Source: Callorhinchus milii
Taxonomy: Eukaryota
Assembly: GCF_018977255.1 (NCBI RefSeq)
Contig: NW_024704746.1
Coordinates: forward strand, 21,638,001 to 21,702,000
Length of the DNA stretch: 64,000 nucleotides
Direction: 5' to 3'
Shown: piece after piece, positions 31,616 through 51,489 of the stretch
Position numbering within the stretch: the stretch's first letter is position 1
How the letters are laid out: each line of letters starts with the position of its first letter
Program-made: the position numbers and the translations under genes
Notes under the pieces: model-generated
Told to the model about the DNA's origin: nothing
Databases searched by the model: none
What the model saw: the letters and a program-made list of their open reading frames with translations, nothing else

Positions 31616-33280
31616 TTACATTGGTAAGTGTTTTTTGCCAGACCTTCCAGTACCAGTTGATTGCCCAATGCATTGCTTGAGGAAACTGAGGACCCTGATG
31701 GAATATTTCTCTGGGAATTCTCTGAAATGGTTTACATGTTGTGATGTGCCAAAGTCCACAGATTCCACCCGAACACGTAACTGTTTTCTGGCTCTGATCA
31801 TATTTTCTATGTCCTTGTAGGAAATAACCTTGTCTGATTTGGAATACAAGTAAAGTTGGGGCCACCGAGATGGATCCTGCTTCAGACTGTCATAGAGGGA
31901 CAGGGACCAAAACTTGGACGCTGGGTAAAGCATAAACCTAATGAGCGCAACGAAGACAAATGTGACAGTAGCAAATATCTTTATGAAAGGATTGTTGGAT
32001 GGCCTCAGGATTGAATGGAGTGCTCGGATGCCCCCCTGAAAGTTCTTGTCTCCAGGTCCGCTGTCAAAAATAGTACCGACTACATTCAACTTCCTGTACC
32101 GAGTTGCACCTCTGTCATATTGCAGCTCAATGATGTAGCGGTAGAGCATACACCCTCCGTTACTGAAGACATGGAATACAATTGGATGCTCTTCAATGCC
32201 AATATCAAACAGCAGGTCCAGCAATTTCTTAGCAGTGCCATGGAGGGATCTTGTGCATAGTGAGATTAAAAATATATCTTCCCAGGGAGCAGTATAACTG
32301 ATAACTATGCAACCCTGAAACGATAGGAAAGCATATTTGAATAATGTTAATACAGCTTTTACCATCAGCTCAAAGAGAAGATACCACCGTGTAGATAAGG
32401 AAGACAAGCAACAACATCAAAATCCTTGCATCGGTTTTCCTTGCTTTTGACATTTGGACGTGTGATAATCAGGATTTTGAATCCTTTGGAGGAAAAATGG
32501 ACAGGTCAGGAATTTCTACGAGTGACATCTTTGTAAGAAAACACGCTAATAATGGCTAATATAAACTAAGGTTTGTGATGGCTCCCTCCCCCCCCCCCCG
32601 CCCCCCCCCCCCCACACACACACACAATCAGTCTTACTCTGTCCCAACAGAACCAATTAATTTGGTTATTTTCTCAAATCTAATCTTCATTTTCATAAAG
32701 GAACAGCATGGAGATTTTTGCAAAATTGAATTCCACAAGTTCTTCCTGTGTAGTTCTTGCATTTAGTCAGTAGTATAGAGGCTTAAGATAGAAACAAACA
32801 TTGATTGAAAGAATAATAATAATAATCCTTTCATTTGATATGGCACTATTCACGTCTTCTCGACGTCTCAAAGAGCTTCACAGAATAGACTGTAAAGTGT
32901 AAAAACTTTAAGTGTAAAAAGTGTAAAACTGTAAAGATATAGACTGTATATTTGTGGGTGAAACGCGGCAGCCAAGTGTGCACAGCAATGTCCCACAAAC
33001 AGCCGTGGATTGAAGTGACCAATTTATTATTGTTTTTCATCTGGAGGGATTATTATCAGGCGTGTGGAGTAAGGAAACTTGCCCAAGGTTTCGCCCTGCC
33101 CGGAATCGAACCCAGGTCTCTCGCTTGCAAAGTGAGCGCTCTAACCACTGAGCTACAGGACTCCAAAGCCATGTTACTTGGTACCAACCTTTTTTTTGTA
33201 GATGTGACTGTATTTTGCTAAATGCTTTTCGCGACAGCCAGCCCAACCCAACAAGATTACCACAGGATCATCTTCAAAAT
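31616..33280 (-). CDS. TMEM53: TMEM53 paralogue (copy A): intact exons 2 and 3, no own TMEM53 exon 1
   Basis: Exon 33280-33189 ([30 protein letters not shown]) and exon 32314-31616 ([11 protein letters not shown]...HVFSNGG...TIFDSGPG...[12 protein letters not shown]...SQHVNH...*). Splice sites intact and frame open. Confidence 0.85.
32812..33164 (-). mobile_element. Full-length tRNA-headed SINE in the intron of TMEM53 copy A
   Basis: Head ggagtcctgtagctcagtggttagagcgctcactttgcaagcgagagacc at 33164 and tail at 32812. Absent from the paralogous intron (~37745). Confidence 0.87.
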
Positions 33281-33579
33281 CTAGAATACACAAAGGTAAG
33301 GCGTACCATAGTCCAGTTATAATGTATGATACTCATAAGCAAACTTTGTGTTAAGACTGCCCACCTGTTGGAAGTTAATTGCAGTTTAACATCTATTGAA
33401 AGAAGAAAGGGTTTATTATTATGCAAGTTGTTGTGTACTATACAGTATTCAACAAACAATGTATCATCTAAAGCAGTTTTCGATGGAGGTTAGAGAGTAT
33501 GTACGCAATACTGTATTTATTTTGGCTTTCTTAAGTTAGAGAATAATACTGTACTGTCCACCACAATGAGTCAACAGTT

Positions 33580-33840
33580 AACAACAACAACTTGCATTTA
33601 TGTAGAGCCCACCACGCAGGATAGCGTCCCAGACCGCTTGACAGTGGTGGAGCACGCCATTGAGCCGGGCAGAGGGGAGAGGGAACCAGAGGCACGGTCG
33701 AACAGAAAGGTCTTCAGGTGTGATCTGATGATGGGAGAAGGAAGGGGCAAGGCATAGGGATAGAGGAAGAGTGTTCCAAAGTTTGGGGACTTAGTGACTA
33801 AAAGTGCAGCCACCCATGGTGAAAGGGAGGGCAGGAGGGA
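33580..33840 (-). mobile_element. L2-like LINE 3' fragment in the duplication junction region
   Basis: (caa)n cttgcatttatgtagagccc...; encodes IRSHLKTFLFDRA, an L2 ORF2 C-terminus. Confidence 0.7.
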
Positions 33841-33977
33841 AATGTAGGAGGCCTTGAGATGTCTGTGATCCCAACATCTGCAAAGGACATTACAACTTGC
33901 ATTATGATTTGCAGATCCTCACAAGAGCAACTTTTACTTTTGCTTTTGAAAAAAGAAAAAGACAAAGTTATTAAAAA

Positions 33978-36900
33978 AAACTTAGGGGTGGCAGGGAGGG
34001 GAGGAAAGTTGCCCCTATTTGCAGACCCTGCAGGCGATTTACCTTTAGGATTCACAAAGGGGTTTAACGTATTCCTCTCCACAGACGAGAGATAAACACA
34101 AAGCTGGGCAGCAATTGCCCACTTACCCGAGCTGGCTCCTTGCAAACGGTGGATTTGGATTTGGGGAGCCTGAGGGACTGAGGAACACGATCTCCTGGGC
34201 ACAGGAAACAGAGCACTCCTCGCCTGGGGTAAATAGATGGACTTGATGGTTGAGCTGAGCAGAGGGTTTGTGATCCCAGCTCTGCCGCCCGCACAGAGCG
34301 GAGCAGCCACACAAAGGAGCTTCCTCAGCACTGCCATCGAGCTGCAAACACACCAACGGCCAAACTCCAGCTCAACTTGGCTCAACCCCAAGGCAGGGAG
34401 GAAATCCCGCCTTCTCCACCGGGGCTATTGGCTCACACACACTCTCCTTTGTCACTTTCCTCCCACCATCAATCTGACAGAAACAGTCTGACCAACTCTA
34501 TGATCGTTGGGCAACTTCCCTTGTGCTGCAGGAGGCAGTTTGCTTATTGCGGGAAATGAAACACAGCCAGGGATTGTAGCTGGAAACTTTGGCTGAAATG
34601 TCAATTGAGCGGAATCATATTTTTTTTCGTTCTATACATTTGACGATAAGGAAAGCTTCCCTGCTTTTTCGTGAATCTTTCAGTAGATTGGTTTGGGGAC
34701 GCTGTCTGGGATGCCACCCTGCGTGAGGGGCTGCTGTTGTTGTTGAAACTCTTAAACATGACCAAGGGTTTCCGCTTGTGTCGGACTCCGCTGAGCAAAA
34801 ACACATTGCAGTGCGGTTTGGGATCAGTGTGAGGTCACAATGCCACATACACCAAACCTGCGTGTCTGGAATTCAGAGCTGATCCATTCCCACGTGTGTG
34901 TGTTTGTGTCGATCACTCTCCCGGCACAGCACTCCCGCCTCACTGTCCTCGCTGGCCTTCAGTGGTCAGGGATATCGACTTTAACTCAAACTGAGTAATT
35001 ACAGTAAACGCTGGAGTCGTTTCTAAATAGAGTAGCTACATTTTGAAGGCGTGTAATACAGGTGTGAATGGAAGTGGAAAACCTGGGAATGTTTTCTGAA
35101 CAATCAATTTGCAACAATTGATTTGAATAATAGATGGAATTTATTTTCAAACCACAAATTACAATCCTGTAATTAATGTCAACACGCGCCCCTCACCAAT
35201 ACGCACAATTACATACTTGAAATCAAAAATGGTACACATTACATTTAAACTTTCTTCCCCTGTATCTCCCAAGCCTGAGGTCAAACAAAACAAATATTTA
35301 ATATTATACAGTTTGAAAAGGTGCTTCTCTCTGTTTGGACAGGCCCTCCAGCCTAATTAATACATGTTTTCAAACACTGGAAGGCGGTACATAAATCCTG
35401 ACTAAATGTGAAGGAAGGAGCCTTTTCTCTGTGTCTCATCCTCAATCCTTTAATTCTAATGGCCTCACTTTCACCCAATTCTTTATTGATAAGGACTAAG
35501 TTTCCGAGTGTTCTGTCAAATCTTCCAGTGTATATTTCTGAGGAATATAACTACCTAATGGCTGGTTTTTTTTGATCACCACATTGACCAGAAGACATTT
35601 CTCCATCAATAGCACCGACACAACTGACACAATCATTCTGTTAAAATGCTATGGAACCTTAGACTCTGAATGAGTCCTGTATATTTCTATGGATCACTAT
35701 GGACAGTCAGTATTCTGGAAGGATGAGATCAAATGAGCCAAAGGGCCTTCTTCATCCAATTCTCTCTTCAACCCCTCTACTCTGACTATGATAATCACCA
35801 CTGCTTCCCAAAAGGGAGATTCCTTAGGAAACTGATGCTAAATACAATTTTGACCAAATTGTCCACCACATACCTTCTAACCGCCAAAGTACTTCTCTAA
35901 ATTGCAAGTATTCAAATTGCTGCCAATATGGTTGTTCAGCAAAAAGTAATTTCCAAAGTAATAATCCCTTTGTACATAAAGAACAAACCCTTCATAAATA
36001 AACAGCACATTTGCAGGATGGATATAAAAAAATACATTGGTTGCTGAAGGTATGGAATGAAACATCAATTGTCAGATTGTCAGTCACTGCTCTAACTGAG
36101 GTGTTGTTCACGTAATTTAACTAGGAACATGTGCTTCTCTTCAGTATCAAAGAATATATGACATTGCGAGTTCACATAACAGTAGACTAAGAGATGTGTT
36201 ACATTGAAAGCAATATACACTAATTTGTAGGAAGCAGGAGAAAACTACTATGAATGATAGGAAATGAGATATACAGTACTGTCTGCACAAGACTACATAG
36301 GCAGTGAGAGCAGAGATGGCTTACATGGCTACAAAGTTCTAAGGAAGGCAATGCTTTCCCTGCTTGGATTATTACTTTAATAATTAATTTAAATAATAAT
36401 AATTAATTTATTCATGCGTAGAGTATGAATGACTTCGGTTTATTTCCCAACTCAACGTTCTCCCAATTAAATAAATGTGGCCGGTACTCTAAATAGTTCA
36501 ATTAATACTTCACCAGCAGTAATACAATTAGCAGACTTGCATATGATGGGTGAATATTACATGACCAGAGTGTGAGATTACATGAAAGGCTGGTTACTTT
36601 TATATTCAATGTTACAGTCACCACCATCTCCCATTAAAATATGTAACCTCTTTGGAGGATTGCAAAAGACTTTTCAAAACGGAGTGCAGACATTCCCTCT
36701 CTGAAGCTTTATTACATTGGTAAGTGTTTTTTGCCAGACCTTCCAGTACCAGTTGATTGCCCAATGCAATGCTTGAGGAAACTGAGGACCCTGATGGAAT
36801 ATTTCTCTGGGAATTCTCTGAAATGGTTTACATGTTGTGATGTGTCAAAGTCCACAGATTCCACCCAAACACGTAACTGTTTTCTGGCTCTGATCACATT

Positions 36901-37875
36901 TTCTATGTCCTTGTAGGAAATAACCTTGTCTGATTTGGAATACAAGTAAAGTTGGGGCCACCGAGATGGATCCTGCTTCAGACTGTCATAGAGGGACAGG
37001 GACCAAAACTTGGACGCTGGGTAAAGCATAAACCTAATGAGCGCAACGAAGACAAATGTGACAGTAGCAAATATCTTTATGAAAGGATTGTTGGATGGCC
37101 TCAGGATTGAATGGAGTGCTCGGATGCCCCCCTGAAAGTTCTTGTCTCCAGGTCCGCTGTCAAAAATAGTACCGACTACATTCAACTTCCTGTACCGAGT
37201 TGCACCTCTGTCATATTGCAGCTCAATGATGTAGCGGTAGAGCATACACCCTCCGTTACTGAAGACATGGAATACAATTGGATGCTCTTCAATGCCAATA
37301 TCAAACAGCAGGTCCAGCAATTTCTTAGCAGTGCCATGGAGGGATCTTGTGCTGAGCAGTGAGGTGAAAAATATATGTTCCCAAGGAACAGTATAACTGA
37401 TAACTATGCAACCCTGAAACGATAGGAAAGCATATTTGAATAATGTTAATACAGCTTTTACCATCAGCTCAAAGAGAAAATACCACCGTGTAGATAAGGA
37501 AGACAAGCAACAACATCAAAATCCTTGCATCGGTTTTCCTCGCTTTTGACATTTGGACGTGTGATAATCAGATAGGATTTTCAACCTTTGGAGGAAAAAT
37601 GGACAGGTCAGGAATTTCTGCGAGTGACATCTTTGTAAGAAAACACGCTAATAATGGTGGATATAGTCTAAGGCAGAATTCCTGTGCACTTCTTGCATTT
37701 AGTCTGAAGTATGTAGGCTTAAGATAGAAGCAAATTTGATTTAAAGAAGCCATCTACTTGGTACAAACCTGTTTTTTGTAGATGTGGCTGTATTTTGCTA
37801 AATACCTGTCTCGACAGCCAGCCCAGCCCAGCAAGATTACCACGGGATCATCTTCAAAATCTAGAATACACATAA
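33978..37875. repeat. Tandem segmental duplication, copy B
   Basis: See copy A. Carries segments missing from A (~34688-35027 and ~35721-36420). Confidence 0.92.
34127..34337 (-). CDS. Duplicate ECHDC2 exon 1 (mitochondrial presequence-like), candidate first exon of an ECHDC2::TMEM53 chimera
   Basis: Identical to 27680-27890, including the ATG and the phase-1 donor G|gtaagt. The next recognisable coding exon on this strand is TMEM53 copy A exon 2 (ag|AT, phase 1). Confidence 0.7.
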
Positions 37876-39127
37876 GTATTGGTCCATTGTAGTGGGGCAT
37901 GCTCAAGTTCAGTATTACCTCCTACAATTTGGGTCACACAATTTACCCTTTAGCTTCACGCCCCAAGATTTTGCATTTGTATAGCATATCAAAGTGCTTA
38001 ACTGGTGATCAGCAGCAGAGAATGCATTCCTAGATGGACCTCAAGTCATGATCCCACCCCCTGATCCACCCCCAATCCTCCCTCTGTTCATATTCAGTCT
38101 TTGGACTTGATAAAAGATAACAACCTCGATTAGGCAAGTTCTTGGACTACAGATAACCTCGCAACAGCATTTTTGTAAAGGGATGTACGTGTGTGGATCA
38201 GCAGATTGGATCAAAGTGTGGACTGAAATAGATCCATACGCACAAACACAGATTATGGTCTCATTTGTGATGACATGCGGTAAAGGTTGTGCCTCTCCCT
38301 CTGAATATTTGGGAAGAGAAGGAACATGTGCGCGACAGCATGTAATAACCTTCCGGGTAACAACTTGCATTTACACAGCGCCCTTCATGCGGGGTAGCGT
38401 CCCGGAGCGCTTGACGGCGGCGGAGTCTGACGCCAAGCTGGGGGGGGGGAGCGGGACAGGTGACCGTCAGCACGATCCCCCCCACCCCCCCCAAAAAAAG
38501 GAGATAAACCGGGAGGAGGTGAGGGTGGGAATAAGGTCGGGCCTCGCCGCGACCTGGGGGGCAACGTTCGGTTCGGTGATCGGAGGTGGAGTCCTGTAGC
38601 TCGCGGGAGCGAGAGGCAACCCCCGGGTTCGGTTCCCGGTCGGGGTGGGGGGCGAAACGTTGCGAGTTTCCTCCCACCACACGCACACGCACGCGCACAC
38701 GCACGCGCACACGCACACGCCTCTGTTTACCGGCAGTGAGTAAGAACCCGGTTGTTAGTCGATTGGCGGACGGCTTTTCCGGGGGTGGTGGGGGGGGGGA
38801 GGCAATAAATCGTTCACTTCAACCCACGCCTGTCTGTGGGCGCCGCCGCCGCGTTTCGCCCGCAAAGCGCCCGGTCACTACACTTGACGGTACGTCCCCC
38901 CCCCCCCGCGAAGCGCTTTGAGGCGTCTCGAAGACCTGACCGGGGGGGGGGGTCAAATGTCAGTCAGGGTTATTATTATTATTTGTTTCTTGACGAATTA
39001 TTAACGGATTATTAACGAATTAATGAATTGATAATCTATTAATTATGATTAGTGTTTATTAGACGGACAAACCCGAGTCCTGGAGATTGGGGAACACGAC
39101 GGTGTAGTCCAGCTCGGCCTCTCCCAT
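36712..39127 (-). CDS. TMEM53: Transmembrane protein 53 (DUF829 alpha/beta-hydrolase fold), complete copy B, 3 exons, 282 aa
   Basis: Exons 39127-39073 ([18 protein letters not shown]), 37860-37769 ([30 protein letters not shown]) and 37413-36712; 849 nt in frame. Head-to-head with ARMH1 as in human. Confidence 0.94.
38589..38982 (+). mobile_element. Degenerate, GC-shifted SINE copy in TMEM53 intron 1
   Basis: gagtcctgtagctc head, gccgcgtttcgcccgcaaa core and aagcgctttgaggcgtctcg...(tta)n tail, with an internal (CACG) microsatellite. Confidence 0.75.
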
Positions 39128-39636
39128 CGCGTCGGCGGTTGGCGAACACCCGGTGTCCCGGTGTCTCCCTCTCTCTCCCTCTCCCACCCTCTGAGGGGCT
39201 CTGTCCCTCTCTCCCCGGCGACACCGACCGACGCCGACGCCGACCCCTCGCGCGCGCGCGCCGCTCAACAGCCGAACCGGAAGCGCCTCGCGCGGAGCGG
39301 CCACTGACTTCCTTAGCAACCGCTTCCAACCGTCAACAGGCGCGCGGGCGTGTGTGTGGGCGGGGCGAGGGGGCGGGGCGGCGGCGGAGGAGGAGCGCAC
39401 GTGATGGCACACACAGTCCCGCCTACAACCCCGCCCCCGTCCGCGTGCGATTGGCTCGCGCGCGCCGCTTCCGTCCCGAGGCGCCCCCGCTGGTTGGCTG
39501 TGCGGCACGTCAATCATCCCGCCGCGCGGGGGGGGAGGTGGCTCGCGGTGTCGTGATCGCTCGTCACAATCCGCCCCTCACGAGCTGTTCATTTGAGCGG
39601 TCTCTGACCCGTCCCGAAACGGTTTGAAAAGTTCAG
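39128..39636. promoter_or_regulatory. CpG-island bidirectional promoter TMEM53/ARMH1; probable non-coding ARMH1 exon ending at 39636
   Basis: CpG-dense, with GC boxes (GGGGCGGGGC), an ETS-like CCGGAAG (~39277), E-box CACGTG (~39398) and ATTGG (~39450). Candidate donor CAG|gtaaaa at 39637 and acceptor ccccag| at 40267. Confidence 0.72.
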
Positions 39637-39695
39637 GTAAAAGTTCCAGCGGACAGCAAAAGGGGCGGCTTTGTGTGGACCCTTTGCGGTCCACA

Positions 39696-39943
39696 CCCTG
39701 ACCATTCCCCCCCTCCTCGCTCCCTCCCTTCCCTCCCCTCACCCTGACCATTCTCCCCCCCCTCCTCGCTCCCTCCCTTCCCTCCCCTCCCCTGACCATT
39801 CCCCCCCTCCTCGCTCCCTCCTCCCTCCCCTCCCCTGACCATTCCCCCCCTCCTCGCTCCCTCCCTCCCTTCCCTCCCCTCCCCTGACCATTCCCCCCTC
39901 CTCGCTCCCTCCCTTCCCTCCCTCACCCTGACCATTCCCCCCC
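39696..39943 (+). repeat. ~45-bp polypyrimidine minisatellite (6 unit starts)
   Basis: CCCTGACCATTC at 39696, 39742, 39790, 39833, 39882 and 39926; runs directly into an L2 3' tail (39944-40040). Confidence 0.9.
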
Positions 39944-40271
39944 GATGCTCGGGTCCCGACCCAACTGTCCGGCGCCTTGGGACGTCCTCCTGACGTGAAA
40001 GGCGCTTTATAAATGCAATCTTGTTGTTGTTGTTGTTGTTGAATGTGAATCTTGTCTGATTCCCCCCCCACCCCCCACTCTAGCTCAGAGGCAAGAAGAC
40101 GCTAATTGTAAAGCATTCCCGTACTGGTCGCTCCAGCTGAGGTCAACCAACTTAAACTTCAGAAACTACGTGTGGCCAAATTTTGTTCTGGGCAAAGCTG
40201 CCATTTTTAACATTTGAATTGGAAAAGGGTGTACAAATGCAAACAATGATATTTTTTCCCTCCCCAGTTGA

Positions 40272-48137
<7,866 letters not shown>

Positions 48138-49647
48138 AATATGATACAAAACTGTTTTTAGTTAATATTTTGATAACTTTTAGCTATTCAGCCAACTTTC
48201 AGCTTGGCTCAGCATTCTCTGCTCTGACTAAGGTGACACCCCCAACACAGTACTGGGGAAGTCTTGTGCTGTCCTTTGCGAATATGATCTGAAACTCTGA
48301 GCAAACTTTGATTAGCAAACTGTAACCCCAGCAAGAAACAATAATAAACCAATTGTCTATGATAGATTTAATTTTTTTTCTGAGAAATAAAGATAAAGAT
48401 ATCAAGATGTCTCAAAGATGTGGTAAAGTGCTATATCAAAATGCATATGCAAGAATTATTATCAATAGTATACTATTTCTGGTTTTAAAATTAATCTGTA
48501 CCCATTGAGTGACACTGAGAATGCATTGGAATTGATTGAATACAATGCTTGATTTTATGATCTGAGCATGGAACAATCCTTCCTTGAACAAAATTGTAAA
48601 TTTAATTTTATGTTTAATGAGATTACTCCACATGGTCGAAAAAAACATTTAAATAGTAATTGCATCTTCGCTGTTCTTCAATGTTTCTTCCAGGAAAATC
48701 AATATCAAAATTGTTAGTAGTCCTTTTAAAAACAATTTGGTTATTACAAACCACAAAGCTCTTTAGCTTTCATTCAATACAGTAACAAATATTAACAATC
48801 ACTTTTGAAACTCAATAAGCAAGTGGTTGTTTAAATATGTAAATGAATTATTAGCTATAAAGTAATCATTTCAGAAAACTTTTCTGAGCAAAATAGTTCA
48901 TAACCATTTGCAAGTTTTCTTTTTAAGATTATTTTATTTTTTGAATGTCTTAAAGGATGAATTTTGTAGATTAAAATATGAACAATTTAAATAATTGATT
49001 TTGTGTTTGGTATGAACATGTTCCCTTATCTAAAGAGGCCAGATTACCTACCATCCGTAGAGGGTGCTAGTATCAACAAATATCTCAGACTATTATAATA
49101 ATATTTACAATGATATTTTTTCGCGTTGAGAGGACATCTTCACAGCACTGTATAGCGGGTAAATTTTGAAATGTATGTTGACATGCCAAATGATAATAAT
49201 AAATCATATCAAACTGAAGACTCACAGAAAATGCAACCACTATCAAAGGCCATTCAACCTGTTCTTCCGTTTTATCTGGTCATGATAGATCTTTTGATCC
49301 CATTTCCCTGCCTTTATCCATTTGTCCTAATTAAATCACTTCCCAAATATCAATTTCCATTTTAAACAGCTAACTGATTCCACATAAACGACCTTCAGTA
49401 CCGGTGAATTCCACATTTGACGATCCTTTTTGTAAAGAAATATTTCCTGATCCTCACTTCTGCCTTAGCTCTATGAAAATGGTCTCCCTTTTTTGGGTCC
49501 TCCCTCAACTAGAGTAAAATAGTCCACTATCTAGAATATAATAATAATAATCCTTGCATTTGATATTGCGTCACATCACGTCTTTGAGACGTCTCGAAGC
49601 GCTTCACGGAATTCTGTGGTGTGGTGACTGTATGTTTTATGTATGTA

Positions 49648-49973
49648 GAGTCCTGTCGCTCAGTGGTTAGAGCACTCGCTTTGCAAGTGAGAGACCTGAG
49701 TTCAATTCCAGGCAGAGGGCCAAACCTCGGGCAAGTTTCCTTACTCCACACAGAGCCTAATAATAATCCCTCCAAAACCAAAAACAATAATAAATTGGTC
49801 ATTTTCAATCTACGACTGTTTGTGGGACATTGCTGTGCGCAATTGGCTGCCGCGTTCGCCCACAAATATACAGTCAATTCACTTTACAGTGTGTTCTGTG
49901 AAGCGCTTTGGGACGTCCTCTCCCGACGTGAAAAGCGCTATATCAAATGCGAGGATTATTATTATTATTATTA
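49648..49973 (+). mobile_element. Full-length tRNA-headed SINE, preceded by an inverted SINE tail (49541-49630)
   Basis: Nearly identical to 26816-27139. Confidence 0.88.
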
Positions 49974-50139
49974 TGCATATCTGGCTTGCAATTCCCATCA
50001 TTATTCTTAAATGGTGCACAACTTTTATCATTCATTCATTCCAATATTTATTTGACTCCCTCACCCCCCAAAATGGGAAAGGAGTCTCAGTTCACATTGG
50101 AACGACTCCCCTTTAAGAGAAATCAGCTCTGTTGAAAGG

Positions 50140-51383
50140 CGAGGTCACGTGCCCGCGACAATGATTGACAGCAGTGGACAACCAATCAGAGGAAGGCCGC
50201 CGCCAGGCTGTGCCCGCCCCCTTTACGCCGTGCCAAAGTGGGGTTGGGGGGGAGAGGAGGAGGAGGAGGCGGCGGCGGCCGCAAGCTATGCCGGGAAATG
50301 AAGTCTTTACCCGCTCCACGCATGAACGAGTTTCCTCCGACCGCGGCTGAGGAAACTACAACTCCCAGGATGCCGTGGAGCGGCCGCCAGTATCCCGGTT
50401 CCGTTGCGCCGAGCGTGCCCCTCCCCGGCGACTGCGCGCTGACCGGTTGAGGGAATGCCGGGGTTTGTGAATGGTGTCCGGGGACGGTGTTGAGAGCGCG
50501 CGGGCCTTAAACCGCACACCACACGCACACACCTATTTAATGTGTGTGTGAGTGAGTTCGCGCGTTTAATCCTGGTTTTATTTATTTATTTATTTAATAT
50601 AAACCCCAAAAGGTAATAATTAACGGAACCGGTGGGGGAGGGGTTTACACACACACACACGTACACACACACACACACACAGCCGTCTTTCGGGCCGCGA
50701 CGACCCGCCTCGGTTTGAAGTGACGACGGCGGCGGCGGCGTCTGAGGCGACAGACATTTCAAACTGAGAAGATCGCCAACCGCCTCCATCCCGCCCTCGC
50801 GCTTTTTTTTTTAATCTCTCTCTCTCCTTTCCTCTTTCTTTCTTTCCTTCCTTCCCTCTCTCTCTCCTCTTCTTCAAACCCTCCCCGCGGAGTCTTGAGA
50901 GCCGTCACCACGCCATGAGGCGCCGCCCGGTCGTTTAGCGGCCGCCGTGAGGAGCGAGAGAGGCGGGGGGCGGGGGGGGGGGGGGAGAGTGCACAAAGGA
51001 GAAGGTCCCCGGGGAGTGGGGGTGGGGGGAGAGGAGAGGGGGAGGGGAGGGCTGCAGCAGCAGCAGCTGTAGCTGTCGTTGTGAGGCGGAGGGAAGGCGA
51101 GGAGCTGGTACAGGGCTTATCCCGACTGTCGTCAACTCTCCCTCCTCCCTCTCTCCCTCTCTCCCTCTCTCTCCCTCCATCATCACCACTGTTGCTGCTG
51201 CTCAACCGAAAGGAAGCATCAATACCGAGATCATCCTTCACTTACCCCCTCCTCCTCCCCCCCTCCCCGGACCCCACACTCCCCCCCCCCCCCCCCCAAC
51301 CCCCAACACCCCCCTCTCCTCCTCCATCTCCATCTCTCTCTCTCTCTCCCATCCCCTCCTCCTCCCGCCCGTGTGTAAAAAAA
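50140..51383 (+). promoter_or_regulatory. IPO13 CpG-island promoter/5' leader
   Basis: GTCACGTG at 50144-50151, CCAAT ~50182, GC box ~50212 and a ZNF143/SBS-like ACTACAACTCCCAGGATGC at 50355-50373; CpG-rich. Confidence 0.72.
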
Positions 51384-51458
51384 ATGGATCGCCAGAGAGG
51401 AGAGGGCGAAGACAGTTTAGACTACTCCGTGGAAAATGTGGAAAAGGTAAAAAAAAAG

Positions 51459-51489
<31 letters not shown>

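Noticed and set aside
31616-32407. Single-exon 263/264-aa TMEM53 ORFs starting at MSSLSTRW (also 36712-37506)
   Set aside because: The N-terminal ~31 codons are intronic (TTG start, upstream of the tttcag acceptor). The true N-terminus comes from spliced exons.
38041-40071. ORFs of 100-190 aa in the TMEM53/ARMH1 CpG island
   Set aside because: GC-rich or repeat-derived low-complexity frames, apart from TMEM53 exon 1.
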